From an uncultured virus (IMG/VR IMGVR_UViG_3300044716_000940) (Duplodnaviria > Heunggongvirae > Uroviricota > Caudoviricetes), in IMG/VR virus record IMGVR_UViG_3300044716_000940: a stretch of DNA of 64,000 nt. One strand, written 5' to 3'. Shown in pieces: positions 19,551-29,571 of the stretch (positions within the stretch are counted from its first letter, which is position 1; each line of letters starts with the position of its first letter). Under the pieces are notes generated by a model, which saw only the letters and a list, made by a program, of their open reading frames with translations, searched no databases and was not told the DNA's origin. A program made the position numbers and the translations under genes.

Positions 19551-20803
19551 AAACGTGGATCTCCAATTTCTATAGGTTTACTATATAAATAATTGTTCAT
19601 CATTTTAGCTGCAACATTCTGTTGAGCCTTATAATACAATGCTTGGCTTTTGTAAGCATTACGTGGTTTAACTTGCGCCATTACGGCTTTAGAATAAACT
19701 ATTTCGCCATCTTTATTAGCTTGAAACCCGCTTTTAGGAAGAATTCCGCCAGCTATTCCCATTTTTACATTGGGACTATTCTTAATACGCTTAGTCTTCC
19801 ACGCAGCTAGCTCCGCGCCTTTAAGCACTTTCTTACCTTTGTAGCCGAACTGAACTTGTGCAGTATCATTGGCAAGAGGACCGAGCTGTTTAGTAACAGC
19901 GTTTGCTGATCTAGACGACTGACCACGTGCAATGCTAGAAACCATTCCAAGCGTGTTTGTTTTAGCTTTTCCGCCTGAACCAAGAGTAGGAGCAAGAACA
20001 GCTTCAAGTCCATGAAGTAAGTTATGCTCACCACCATTAACAAGCGCAAGATTACCGCCAAAATTAGAACCACCTTTGCCAGCAGGAATAATGTGATGCA
20101 TTTCCCACGCTGCAATAGTAGTTAATTTATTATCGCTTAATAGTTTCTTAGCTGATGTCTTATTGTATTCTATTCCGGCATTGTCTCCGCCTGCTCGAGC
20201 GCGTGCATGTGCAACGACCTCATGAGTAAGAACGCGTGCAAGGTGTTGATGAGCAGGATTTTTATAATCAAGCTTATTAACAATATCCATAGTAACGCCT
20301 TTAGGCAAAGCATAGGTTTCTTTAGAACCATACTTACCTGCTCTTGCTTTGACTGCTCCAGGCTGAGTAGGCCAATCCTTTGGATAACCCGCAGGTGGCT
20401 TCATTGATTTATCCCAATGACCACTAAAGGTTGCTCCGCCGTCTGGGCCTTTCTTATAGTAAGCATCAATGCCTGCTGCGTCTTTATGCGAAGCGTTTAA
20501 GACGGCTGTGCGAGGCTTATCGCGCCACTCACCACCTTCAGCATTTAACTTTGCACGCAGTTTGGCTTGCTCTGCGTCGGACAACACAGCTTTAGTAGGC
20601 GCTTGCTTACCACCGCTGCCGCCACCAGATCCACCGCCGCTAGGCTTTTTATCTGAACCAGCGCTTGCTGCACTGCCACCACCGCTACGGCGACTAGTAA
20701 ACTGTCCGCCTTTAGGGCCTTTAGGAACTCGATACGGATTATTCTTTTCTACATCAATTCCAAGAATAGCCTTTAGCTGATTAAGAATGGCAATGTTATC
20801 CAT
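19547..20803 (-). CDS. Basic protein with HNH motif and N-terminal NPY..PKG..GGQF motif
   Basis: WEMHHIIP..KGGSN...NL....GEHNLLH; directly downstream of portal. Confidence 0.65.
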   Translation of the reverse strand: MDNIAILNQLKAILGIDVEKNNPYRVPKGPKGGQFTSRRSGGGSAASAGSDKKPSGGGSGGGSGGKQAPTKAVLSDAEQAKLRAKLNAEGGEWRDKPRTAVLNASHKDAAGIDAYYKKGPDGGATFSGHWDKSMKPPAGYPKDWPTQPGAVKARAGKYGSKETYALPKGVTMDIVNKLDYKNPAHQHLARVLTHEVVAHARARAGGDNAGIEYNKTSAKKLLSDNKLTTIAAWEMHHIIPAGKGGSNFGGNLALVNGGEHNLLHGLEAVLAPTLGSGGKAKTNTLGMVSSIARGQSSRSANAVTKQLGPLANDTAQVQFGYKGKKVLKGAELAAWKTKRIKNSPNVKMGIAGGILPKSGFQANKDGEIVYSKAVMAQVKPRNAYKSQALYYKAQQNVAAKMMNNYLYSKPIEIGDPRL

Positions 20804-22247
20804 TGAACACTCCTTTTAACATAAGATTAAGCGACTCCATATCAATGTCTTTTGTCTTAGGAGGTGGCGCTTCTTCAGGAGCAGGAGCCGGAGCAGCTGC
20901 TTGCGCTTCAGTTGCAATTGCTTGTGCCTCAGTCTGAGCGATTTGCGCGTCTGCTAAAGCATTATCGCGAATATTTTTATCATCAGCTTGGTCGGCAGTT
21001 TGCTGCAATGGCTTGATCTGAGCTTGTGCAACTAATTCATCAGCAATGCCTTCAACAGGAGCTAAGTCTAAGCGAGCACGAGCTTCGTTTGGCTTCATAA
21101 TACCGTTGAGCACTAAGCCCTTCAGCATATCAGCTTTGTTCATTAAGTCAGCACGAGCTAAGTCGCTAATGTCTAACATCATCTCTTCATCTTTAGGCAA
21201 TTTGTAAGAATACTCAAACGCTTGTTCGATAATTTGACAAACAGATAATAGACCAGTTGTGCGCCAACCAGAAATAAGCTGCTCTAAGTTATTATACGTT
21301 ACGCCAGAATTTTCACCTAAAAGGATTGGTGGAATACCAAACGCTTTAGCGATGTCTTTGGTTGTAAAGCCTAATAACTGGACAACTTGACTTTCATTGG
21401 CCGATACTGAAGTTGCTTGCCAACGCAATCCATTAGATAGGATAGGCGTTTGGCCTTGCATAATCTTTTGGGACATTTCATTCCAACGATCACGTAATCG
21501 ATTAGCCTGTTCAGCTGAAAGAGCGGCGTCAGTAGTCAATACACCAGATGGTTGGCCTTTGTTTGTATGGAATACTTCTTGACCAGCACGCAAAACCGAG
21601 CCTAAGCCGATTGAGTTTGCGTAAGCATGTAAAGGAGCCATGGCTTTCAAAGGATTGCGAGGATCGACTTCAAATCGACCGTGCACTACATACCGTTGAG
21701 GAATGTAAAGTCGACCTTCTTCGTCAGTCCAACTTGACCACTCAGGACCTAAATACTTGATCGAGTCGTGAAAGTTTATTTGATAGAAGATAGAGCCGTC
21801 TTGCGCAGCAATCATTTGGTAATCATGAAGTGGGTGTAAAGTCGATTGACGACCTCTACCATCTTCCTCAACGAAGCAAGCAAACTCGCCTTTCGTTAAT
21901 AGACCATCAACAATAACGCCGACTAACTCAGCCCAAGTCATATAAATGTTTGGGCGAAATACGACACCAGCCAGCGCAGATGAATCGAGAATTTCGATAA
22001 TTGCGCCGTCGGTAGTTCGTTTTACGTGTCTAGTTGGCACAGCCATAAGAGCTCGTTTATAAAGCGAGATAGCGGCTGCTACATCAGGATTAAAGGCTTT
22101 ACTGGCACCAGGCGTATAGCCTTGTTGAAACCAGCCAGGTGTAAAGTTCCTAGGAAATAAACCTTCCATAGTATCCCATCCACCGGCGGTCAATGTTTTC
22201 TCTTTGTCGGAAGCGACGAGCGATTTAATACTATTGAGTAGTCCCAT
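20796..22247 (-). CDS. Portal protein (HK97 family)
   Basis: RPN.YMT, PSGVL, IAKAFGIPPILLG..TYNNLEQ, GIMKPNEARARLDL.P motifs. Confidence 0.92.
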   Translation of the reverse strand: MGLLNSIKSLVASDKEKTLTAGGWDTMEGLFPRNFTPGWFQQGYTPGASKAFNPDVAAAISLYKRALMAVPTRHVKRTTDGAIIEILDSSALAGVVFRPNIYMTWAELVGVIVDGLLTKGEFACFVEEDGRGRQSTLHPLHDYQMIAAQDGSIFYQINFHDSIKYLGPEWSSWTDEEGRLYIPQRYVVHGRFEVDPRNPLKAMAPLHAYANSIGLGSVLRAGQEVFHTNKGQPSGVLTTDAALSAEQANRLRDRWNEMSQKIMQGQTPILSNGLRWQATSVSANESQVVQLLGFTTKDIAKAFGIPPILLGENSGVTYNNLEQLISGWRTTGLLSVCQIIEQAFEYSYKLPKDEEMMLDISDLARADLMNKADMLKGLVLNGIMKPNEARARLDLAPVEGIADELVAQAQIKPLQQTADQADDKNIRDNALADAQIAQTEAQAIATEAQAAAPAPAPEEAPPPKTKDIDMESLNLMLKGVFNG

Positions 22248-22271
22248 GGGGATTCCTCCTTCCGATTATAG

Positions 22272-22673
22272 TTATACTGTTGGTGCTGGCTCTTCTGGAG
22301 TTGGCTCAGGTGTTGGCTCTGGAGTTGGCTCAGGTGTTGGCTCTGGAGTTGGCTCTGGGGTTGGCTCTGGAGTTGGCTCAGGCGTTGGCTCTGGCGCTGG
22401 CCTAGGCGTCTTTGGTGGAACTGGTGTATTACCAGACAAAGTCTTGATGCCTACAGTTGCCAACGAGAAATCCGCACCAGCTGGAGCTTTCACCGCAGCG
22501 GCGTTATTGTCAGGTGTAGGTGCGGTGGCAAAGTTTGTGCCAGCCATATCTAAGGCGTCGCCAGATGCTACAAAAGTCTTGGCTACTTTAGGCGGTAGGC
22601 CGATGATTTGACCTGCATGCCATACGTTACCTTTAGCGTCGGTAACTGGTTTGAGTGTTAAAACTGCATTCAT
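22272..22673 (-). CDS. Hypothetical protein with (PEPT)n tail
   Basis: 133 aa with RBS; about 8 PEPT repeats encoded by a 12-bp tandem repeat. Confidence 0.65.
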   Translation of the reverse strand: MNAVLTLKPVTDAKGNVWHAGQIIGLPPKVAKTFVASGDALDMAGTNFATAPTPDNNAAAVKAPAGADFSLATVGIKTLSGNTPVPPKTPRPAPEPTPEPTPEPTPEPTPEPTPEPTPEPTPEPTPEEPAPTV

Positions 22674-22828
22674 TGTTCTTCTCCTTCATTGGAATTGGAT
22701 TCACTGTCTGCGTAAACTCCGCATCCAGATGAGACTATTACGAGGGCAAGAGGAGTCTCTACAAAGTAGAACTCGTCTGCCTCAAATTTTTGGTTTTGTA
22801 AAACGATTGTCTTGCCAACATAGACTTC
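22670..22828 (-). CDS. Small hypothetical protein (start uncertain, near MMREVY)
   Basis: Short ORF filling the gap between nrdB and the PEPT gene. Confidence 0.4.
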   Translation of the reverse strand, partial: EVYVGKTIVLQNQKFEADEFYFVETPLALVIVSSGCGVYADSESNSNEGEEQ

Positions 22829-22833
22829 ACGCA

Positions 22834-23820
22834 TCATGCAGCCTTGCCCCATACGTCATTCCACGTACCAGATAAAGCGCCTTTAGCGTAATCAGTAACG
22901 CGGTTTTCAAAGAAATTGCCATGCACAGGAGCATTAATCATATTCTCTACCCACGGCAATGGATTCTTTTTACGTTTGAAGATGCCTTTCATTCCTAACG
23001 AGATAAGTCTACGATCCGCAATATAACGAATGTATTCTTTAACGTCGTGAGAAGTTAAGTCGCGCATATCAGCGCCAGCAAAAGACAAATCGATAAATTT
23101 ATCCTCTAACTCTACCATCTTTTCAGCGATAGAGTAGATTTTTGATTTGAGCTCATCATTCCAAATCTCAGGATTCTCTTTGATATATTCTTTAAATAAT
23201 CTAATCATCGACTCGGAGTGCATTGTCTCATCAACAATCGACCAAGTAACGATTTGACCCATACCTTTCATTAAACCGTGGCGAGCAAAATTCAATAACA
23301 TAATAAATGAACTGAATAATTGCAGGCCTTCGGTAAAGGCAGAGAATACAGCGATATGTTCGGCAGTAGAGGCAATGGTGCCATTCTTCGAACTAATATC
23401 TAAAACATAATCATGCTTATCGCGCATTTCTTTATACTCTAAGAATTGATTATACGTTGACTCTGGCAAACCAAGAGTTTCAATCAAATGAGAGTAAGCA
23501 GCGATATGTAAGGCTTCACGTGCAGCAAAGCCTAGCAACATCATACGAGTTTCAGGCTGTGGAAAATATGGTAAATAGTTTTTAACATAGGCGCCTGCCA
23601 CGTCAATATCGCCTTGTGTAAAGAAGCGAAAGATATTGGTCAAGAACTGTTTCTCTTCGGGAGTTAATTTCTTTTTCCAATCTTTAGCATCTTCAGCCAT
23701 AGGCACTTCACTATGGAGCCAATGAGCTTGTTCATGTTTTAGCCAAACGTCATATTGCCACGGGTAATTAAATGGTTTAAACGACTGACGCTCATCAGTT
23801 AGTGTAAGCTTTGTTGTCAT
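22834..23820 (-). CDS. nrdB: Ribonucleotide reductase class Ia beta subunit
   Basis: FFTQGD, EALHIAAYS, EGLQLFSSF, DETMH di-iron motifs; NFFE. Confidence 0.95.
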   Translation of the reverse strand: MTTKLTLTDERQSFKPFNYPWQYDVWLKHEQAHWLHSEVPMAEDAKDWKKKLTPEEKQFLTNIFRFFTQGDIDVAGAYVKNYLPYFPQPETRMMLLGFAAREALHIAAYSHLIETLGLPESTYNQFLEYKEMRDKHDYVLDISSKNGTIASTAEHIAVFSAFTEGLQLFSSFIMLLNFARHGLMKGMGQIVTWSIVDETMHSESMIRLFKEYIKENPEIWNDELKSKIYSIAEKMVELEDKFIDLSFAGADMRDLTSHDVKEYIRYIADRRLISLGMKGIFKRKKNPLPWVENMINAPVHGNFFENRVTDYAKGALSGTWNDVWGKAA

Positions 23821-23821
23821 G

Positions 23822-25621
23822 TTATCCTTCGCAGGCTAAGCATTCGCCGCCTTCTGTTAAGTCATGTAGGTTAATTTCTTTTATTACTTCGCGCTCAATC
23901 TTCTTGGAGATTTTATCCGCCTTAGCGATCTTATCGGAGCGACAATAATACATAGTCTTTAGTCCTTGCTTCCATGCTTGGAAGTGGACTGCATGAATAT
24001 ATTTTATGTGGGAGTCTGGCCTGAAGAACACATTGAGAGACTGGGCTTGGTCGATCCATCGTGCTCTATCACTAGCATGCTGGACCACCCAACGTTGGTC
24101 AATCTCCATCGATGTTTTAAACACATCCCGGTCCCACTCTGACATCCAATCAAGATGCTGAACAGACCCGTCATTAGCGATAATCGAAGACCAGACTTCA
24201 TCTATCCAACCCTCTTTATGATGCTTTGCCTCCTCAATAATGATGGCGCTGAGCCAACGATTGCGAGTAAAATGCGAGCCCGAAAGCGTGTCTTGCCGAT
24301 ACGCGTTTGCTCGGTAAGGTTCGATTGAAGGAGACGTATTGCCCATAAGTATCGATGAAGATGCGTTAGGTGCAATGGCCATTAAGTGACTAAAGCGTTG
24401 ACCAGTGCCAAGTGCGTCAGGAGCTTCACCGCGCTCTGAGCCTAATTGCTGATTAGCGGCGTCTAGCTGGGCGCGAATATGCTCAAACATTTTCTTGTTG
24501 CGGCCAATTGCCATAGGAGATTCCCACGGAAGATTGTTTCGCTGGAGATATGCATGGAAGCCAAGCGCACCAATGCCAATGCTACGCTCGCGCAGTGCAG
24601 AATACTTTGCACGCTTGATTGAGCTCGGAGCGTTGTCAATAAAATACTGTAATACATTGTCTAGCATTTCTGCCACATCTTTTAAAAATAGCGAATTATC
24701 TTTCCACGCGTCATAGTGCTCAAGGTTGAGCGAAGACAGGCAGCAAACCGCCGTGCGCTTTTCGTTTGTGGGAAGAATGATTTCACTACATAGATTCGAT
24801 TGATGGACTTTAAGACCTAAGTCTTTTAAATGCTGAGGTAAGGCACGATTAGAAGCGTCGATGAAGTGGAGATAAGGCTCACCAGTCGTCATACGTAGCT
24901 CTAAAATCTTTTGCCATAAATCTTTAGCAGATACTTTTTCACGAACTTCTTTCGAAGCCGGATCAATTAACTCCCATGAATCGTCAAAGTCAGCGTCAAG
25001 CATAGACTTCTCAATAAGCTCCATAAACGCGTCAGGTATATTTATACCGTGATGCAAATTTAAGGTGCGCATATTTTGATCGCCTGTCGGCTTTCGCATT
25101 TCTAAGAACGAGATAATATCGGGATGGGAGACATCAAGATATGCTGCATACGATCCTCTACGGGTTCGTCCTTGACGGAAGGCCAAGGAAGATGCGTCGT
25201 ACATTTTGAGATGTGGCATAACACCAGTAGACTTGTCGTCAGCAGAGCGAATGCCGAAACCGATACCAACGCCGCCCCCAAGCATTGAAAGCCAGTTCGT
25301 CTCAGACAGGTTATCCACCAGACCTTCAGACGAATCTTCAATGTAATTAAGAAAACAAGAAATCGGTAGACCACGTTTGCTCCGTCCAAAAGACAATATC
25401 GGCGTCGAATACGACAACCAATGTTTACTGCTATATTCATATAAACGCTGTGCGTGATCGGGATTACTACCAAAAGTAGATGACACAAATGCAAAGCGCT
25501 CTTGAGGGCTCGATTCAGACTCCATCATATAACTCTCTTTGAGTCGAATTAAACCTAATTCATCAAATAGACTATCTCTTGAATAATCTATTTCGATATC
25601 ATGTACGATACCTTTGCTCAT
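23822..25621 (-). CDS. nrdA: Ribonucleotide reductase class Ia alpha subunit
   Basis: PISCF, QG.TRRGS, SNLCSEI, AIAPNASSS, DQAQS, KTMYY and C-terminal CLACEG. Confidence 0.95.
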   Translation of the reverse strand: MSKGIVHDIEIDYSRDSLFDELGLIRLKESYMMESESSPQERFAFVSSTFGSNPDHAQRLYEYSSKHWLSYSTPILSFGRSKRGLPISCFLNYIEDSSEGLVDNLSETNWLSMLGGGVGIGFGIRSADDKSTGVMPHLKMYDASSLAFRQGRTRRGSYAAYLDVSHPDIISFLEMRKPTGDQNMRTLNLHHGINIPDAFMELIEKSMLDADFDDSWELIDPASKEVREKVSAKDLWQKILELRMTTGEPYLHFIDASNRALPQHLKDLGLKVHQSNLCSEIILPTNEKRTAVCCLSSLNLEHYDAWKDNSLFLKDVAEMLDNVLQYFIDNAPSSIKRAKYSALRERSIGIGALGFHAYLQRNNLPWESPMAIGRNKKMFEHIRAQLDAANQQLGSERGEAPDALGTGQRFSHLMAIAPNASSSILMGNTSPSIEPYRANAYRQDTLSGSHFTRNRWLSAIIIEEAKHHKEGWIDEVWSSIIANDGSVQHLDWMSEWDRDVFKTSMEIDQRWVVQHASDRARWIDQAQSLNVFFRPDSHIKYIHAVHFQAWKQGLKTMYYCRSDKIAKADKISKKIEREVIKEINLHDLTEGGECLACEG

Positions 25622-25640
25622 CTACTACTCCTTGTATGTT

Positions 25641-25690
25641 AAATAAATAAAACTACTCTAACCCACTCCGAAGAATGGGCTAGATAGATT
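25641..25690 (-). terminator. Intrinsic terminator after major capsid gene
   Basis: UCUAGCCCAUUC-UUCG-GAGUGGGUUAGA stem-loop followed by a U-rich tract. Confidence 0.75.
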
Positions 25691-25722
25691 TACTTAATAG
25701 TTAAATTAAGAATCGGTACAGA

Positions 25723-26997
25723 TTAAACGCCTTCTAAGCCGTCGATCAACTGTACAGAGCCACCACGAACATCAGCCCAACCAGCGGTTGTGATCATGCG
25801 GATAGCCAACATGTCTTGCTGGAACATAGAAGCGTTCAGTGCAGGACCGGTTGTAGGAGCGTCGTCCATTTGGAGCGAAGCTGTGTCGCTTACGGCGAAT
25901 GAAGGAGCGCCTAGACCGAAGTAAACTTCAGCAGCGTCAACAATCATGATGCTGTCAGCAGGAGCAGCATTAGATACCAATACGTCCATACCTAACAAGC
26001 GGCCAGAAGCCAACTCGCCTTGGAATACGAACGAACCAGTAGCTGTCATGGTCATGCTCAAGCCGAGGTGAACGGCAGGAGTCATCAAAGCAACAGGCTT
26101 GCTGGTGCGATTCTGAGCTGACATTGCGTTCAGTGCTTGCTTCATAGCAGCGATAACTTCAGCAGTTGTCACGCCAGTAGCAGTGATAGGTGTTACGCCG
26201 TTCAACAGACCAGCTGGGCTCAAAGGAGTTGCAGCGGCTGCAGAGAAAGCAACAGAGTCTAACAGAGCAGCGGTATCACGGATGATAGCGTCGCGCAGGA
26301 TTGGCTCGATAGCTGGAGTAGACTTACGGAGAATCTCAGAAGTCGCTACAGTAATAACGCCCAATTTGCTTGACTGAATGGTCTTGCTACCGAATGAAGT
26401 CTTCTTCACAGGGATAGATTTACCTTCACCGATGAAAGCACCAGCCAATGCGGTTGTAGAACCAGCATAGAATGGGACGATAACTTGGTTGCTGCCGTCA
26501 AATGACAAGCTTACGCCACCTTTAGCTGCCAACTGTGGCAACAAAGCAGCAGGACGGAGTAACTCGAGGAATGAACCATAAGATTCACGAACGAGCTCAG
26601 CAGCCCAGCCGGTAACATCAGTGCGAGCTTCTGGAGTAGCAGCTTTAGTAACAGCGTATGTGCCAGAGTCTTGGCCATACAATGCTTCAGCAGCAGCCAA
26701 TTGGCTCATGTTTTCTACTTTTGCCTTAACAGCAACCAATGCTTGCTTCTCGAAAGAATACTCATTAGCAGACTTGTTACGGATAAATGCAGGAGCAGAC
26801 TTCTGTACTAATACAGCTTCAGCTTTAACTAAAGACTCAACTTTAGCATTGTCTTGCTCGATAGACTTAGTTAAAGTCTCGAGGGTTTCTGCGTCAACGT
26901 CTTGACCGTCAGCAGCAGCTTGAGCCAAAGTAGCGAGTTCAGATTTCTTAGCTTCGATAGCGGACTTAGCGGCTTCGATTTTTTGTGCGATAGACAT
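25723..26997 (-). CDS. Major capsid protein (HK97 fold, with delta domain)
   Basis: N-terminal coiled coil, FIGEGKSIP, G.LLG..V, SMFQQDMLAIR; follows the protease gene. Confidence 0.92.
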   Translation of the reverse strand: MSIAQKIEAAKSAIEAKKSELATLAQAAADGQDVDAETLETLTKSIEQDNAKVESLVKAEAVLVQKSAPAFIRNKSANEYSFEKQALVAVKAKVENMSQLAAAEALYGQDSGTYAVTKAATPEARTDVTGWAAELVRESYGSFLELLRPAALLPQLAAKGGVSLSFDGSNQVIVPFYAGSTTALAGAFIGEGKSIPVKKTSFGSKTIQSSKLGVITVATSEILRKSTPAIEPILRDAIIRDTAALLDSVAFSAAAATPLSPAGLLNGVTPITATGVTTAEVIAAMKQALNAMSAQNRTSKPVALMTPAVHLGLSMTMTATGSFVFQGELASGRLLGMDVLVSNAAPADSIMIVDAAEVYFGLGAPSFAVSDTASLQMDDAPTTGPALNASMFQQDMLAIRMITTAGWADVRGGSVQLIDGLEGV

Positions 26998-27005
26998 ATT
27001 TATTC

Positions 27006-27737
27006 CTATTTGTTTAAAACACTCTTAGCTTTATTATAAGCATCGAGTAATTGTTTGTCTTTAATCTTTACTTGTCCGAAGACAGAGTTAGGATTGTGTG
27101 TGATGCTAGGTTTGTGTCCAGCAGCTAGAAGTGTTTGAGCCTTTTCAAGCGCCACAGAAAGTGGTAATGGTGTATCATCGTCGACATCAATACCGGAATC
27201 GGTTCCGTCAACAGATACAAAGGTTTTAACTACATCATTACTAATGTCCAAGGATTTAGCGATCCTTATTGCGTTTGCGTTCGCTGGCACTGATACGAGA
27301 GAAACCTCGCGTAACACAGCCTTATGAACGATCATACCACGGCTTGGTCGACCATTAGCGTCTTTTCTTTTCTCAAAGTTTTTGACACCAAAGCCAACAG
27401 ACGTGGCGTTTAAGATTCCAGCTTCAACCAAAGCGTTTGCGTATTTCAGCACATCACTTACAGGTGGAGCTAGAGTTAAATCTGCTACAGTCTCATATCC
27501 ACCTTTTTGGCGAGCACGAGTTTGAATATTTGACCAACGGCCTACTGGCTGTTTATGGTCGTGTTGCAAAAGAGCGATTGGGTTTGCGTTAAATTCACCA
27601 AACTCCCAACCATCTTGTTTTACAATATCGCCGTCACGGTCTTCATCATCTGTGGAGATAATAAATCGATACGTGGGCGCAGTCGTGCCTACAACCTGTT
27701 CGACAGGTGAGGTTAGCGCTTTATTAATGATATCCAT
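27006..27737 (-). CDS. Prohead protease (HK97 family)
   Basis: DRDGDIV..DGW, LLQHDH..PVG, SVGF, LREVSLVSVPANANA. Confidence 0.92.
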   Translation of the reverse strand: MDIINKALTSPVEQVVGTTAPTYRFIISTDDEDRDGDIVKQDGWEFGEFNANPIALLQHDHKQPVGRWSNIQTRARQKGGYETVADLTLAPPVSDVLKYANALVEAGILNATSVGFGVKNFEKRKDANGRPSRGMIVHKAVLREVSLVSVPANANAIRIAKSLDISNDVVKTFVSVDGTDSGIDVDDDTPLPLSVALEKAQTLLAAGHKPSITHNPNSVFGQVKIKDKQLLDAYNKAKSVLNK

Positions 27738-27755
27738 TTGATATCTCCTTTATTA

Positions 27756-28379
27756 TTACTTCATCTTGATTAGCATCTCGGAAGCGATCGTTAAGTAGTG
27801 TGTGTCAACTTTATCGATACCAAGCGGAGGTTGTTCTTTCCAACCAACAGTGATTTGTCCAATAAATTCATTGGGCTCTGGTGGCACTGAAACCCTACAA
27901 GTCCAGTTGATACCTTTAGTTTTGTAAAAGTATCCAATTTGCGATCTTGGAATAGCGTACTCAGTGCAAGGTATTTCACCTGCCATTAACCTAATCACGT
28001 CGGTGTTATTGCTACCATTCTTATTAAACAACGTATTAGTAAGGCCGTCAATATCCTTCACTCTACCTTCTTTAGTGTAGACGCGCGCTACAACTCGTTT
28101 ACCGAGAATAGGGTCTATTTCAAGAAAAGCAACTAAGTCTACCTTTAACGTGGTAAATAGCAACTTTGCAGCATCGTCGTATTTAGACGAATCCATCCTT
28201 GGTAGCTCTTGGCTTTTCTGATAGGCACCTATTAATAGAGCCTGATTTGCGTAAATAAAATAGCCAGAAAAAGCCAATACAGCAAGCAGTATAACAACGC
28301 CAAGCTTAAATGGACTATCAATATAAGATAGCACTCCCAACAATGTGTCTTTTGCATTTGATTGGTCTACTTCTGCCAT
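27756..28379 (-). CDS. Membrane-anchored protein in the lysis cassette (possible T4 T-like holin topology)
   Basis: Single N-terminal TM segment plus soluble domain; adjacent to spanins. Confidence 0.4.
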   Translation of the reverse strand: MAEVDQSNAKDTLLGVLSYIDSPFKLGVVILLAVLAFSGYFIYANQALLIGAYQKSQELPRMDSSKYDDAAKLLFTTLKVDLVAFLEIDPILGKRVVARVYTKEGRVKDIDGLTNTLFNKNGSNNTDVIRLMAGEIPCTEYAIPRSQIGYFYKTKGINWTCRVSVPPEPNEFIGQITVGWKEQPPLGIDKVDTHYLTIASEMLIKMK

Positions 28380-28603
28380 TTTGATAAGCCCTCGTGTCTA
28401 CTGCGACAATCACCGTATTGGTTGATTACGTCTACAGTAAATTCGACCAGCTCACCTAGCGTTTTTACTTCCGATATCATTACAATTGGAGGGCACGGCT
28501 GAGCCAAATCATTTGGCGCCGTTTGCTGTATCAATTGCACTCTTGATGAGGCGCAGCCCATCAGGAGGAAGGGCACAATTATAATCAGACTTTTTAATTT
28601 CAT
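28367..28603 (-). CDS. o-spanin (Rz1-like lipoprotein)
   Basis: Lipobox LLMGC, Pro/Cys pattern, overlaps the i-spanin gene. Confidence 0.8.
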   Translation of the reverse strand: MKLKSLIIIVPFLLMGCASSRVQLIQQTAPNDLAQPCPPIVMISEVKTLGELVEFTVDVINQYGDCRSRHEGLSKWQK

Positions 28604-28841
28604 TTCTCACCTCAACGGATAGCTTCTTCTGTGAAGCTGTGGCAATTGCCGCTTGTTGTTGATAAGCATCAGATAGAAGTTTTCCCTTCTTTTCTAAAGC
28701 CTCTTTTTCTTCTAACACACTTTGCACTAACTGTGCTTCGCGCTCTAGCCAATAGTTTTCTTCAAGTTTCTTGCCGATATAAAAGGCGACAAGTAGAGCA
28801 ACTACTGCAGCGGCGATTTTAGCGCCTAGGATAGGGTTCAT
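28509..28841 (-). CDS. i-spanin (Rz-like)
   Basis: N-terminal TM, coiled coil, C-terminal Cys; follows the endolysin. Confidence 0.75.
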   Translation of the reverse strand: MNPILGAKIAAAVVALLVAFYIGKKLEENYWLEREAQLVQSVLEEKEALEKKGKLLSDAYQQQAAIATASQKKLSVEVRNEIKKSDYNCALPPDGLRLIKSAIDTANGAK

Positions 28842-29452
28842 GCGAACACCTCTAACGCTTTAGTATAATGAGAAGAGCGATCAGCAAGACCGATTGTGCC
28901 ACCGTTAATACGTTTAGTGACAGCCGTTACGTCGCTTGCGATTGCGTTTAGTTTATTCTTGTCCCAAAACCATGCGGCAGATAGTGCAGCATATTCTGGT
29001 TGAGCAACTAAATCTGGATTATCCATAATATCTGGATTGCCAATATCATTTGAAAAGGATTGGTAGTTGGATTTGCCGGTCAATTGAATAAAGCCACGTC
29101 CCCGGTATTTGAAGCCCTCACCTGAAGCCTCGTCACCATTGCCCATGCGGTCAGCATAGACTTTGTTAGCGATCTTTTCAGGTTGGCGGTGATAAGGCTC
29201 TGCAGATGCGACGGTGGGGAATCGTTTTGGCCAAGTGCCATGCAGTCCTTCTTTGGAATAGTTCAAGTTCTCTGAAGTGGCCTTGAATTTACCAGATTCG
29301 TGGGCCGCTTGGGCCAAGAACATAGCAATTTGTTGTGGTTCAGAGATATTAAAGCGCTCACAAGCAGCGGCAAGTGAGTCACTAACTTTAGCAGCAGTGG
29401 CTGCGTCAGTCAAATCGGCAGCTACTAAGCTGTCGGCAGTAATTTGGGTCAT
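28838..29452 (-). CDS. Endolysin, glycoside hydrolase family 19
   Basis: FLAQAAHES, ENLNYS, YRGRGFIQLTG, SAAWFW, TKRINGG; probable start MTQITA at 29452. Confidence 0.93.
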   Translation of the reverse strand: MTQITADSLVAADLTDAATAAKVSDSLAAACERFNISEPQQIAMFLAQAAHESGKFKATSENLNYSKEGLHGTWPKRFPTVASAEPYHRQPEKIANKVYADRMGNGDEASGEGFKYRGRGFIQLTGKSNYQSFSNDIGNPDIMDNPDLVAQPEYAALSAAWFWDKNKLNAIASDVTAVTKRINGGTIGLADRSSHYTKALEVFA

Positions 29453-29479
29453 ATTGATCCTTATGGGGTTAGGATAGGT

Positions 29480-29512
29480 AAAACAGGAGGACAGCTTTTG
29501 ACTATCCTCCTG
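29480..29512 (-). terminator. Probable intrinsic terminator upstream of the endolysin gene
   Basis: CAGGAGGAUAG-loop-CUGUCCUCCUG then UUUU. Confidence 0.55.
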
Positions 29513-29571
29513 AACCTTATAGGGAATTCGCTCCCCCAAGCTTCAACCCAACAGGTTTTTCATAGCACTAA

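Noticed and set aside
22204..22611. Plus-strand (GSGV)n ORF
   Set aside because: Antisense shadow of the PEPT repeat gene
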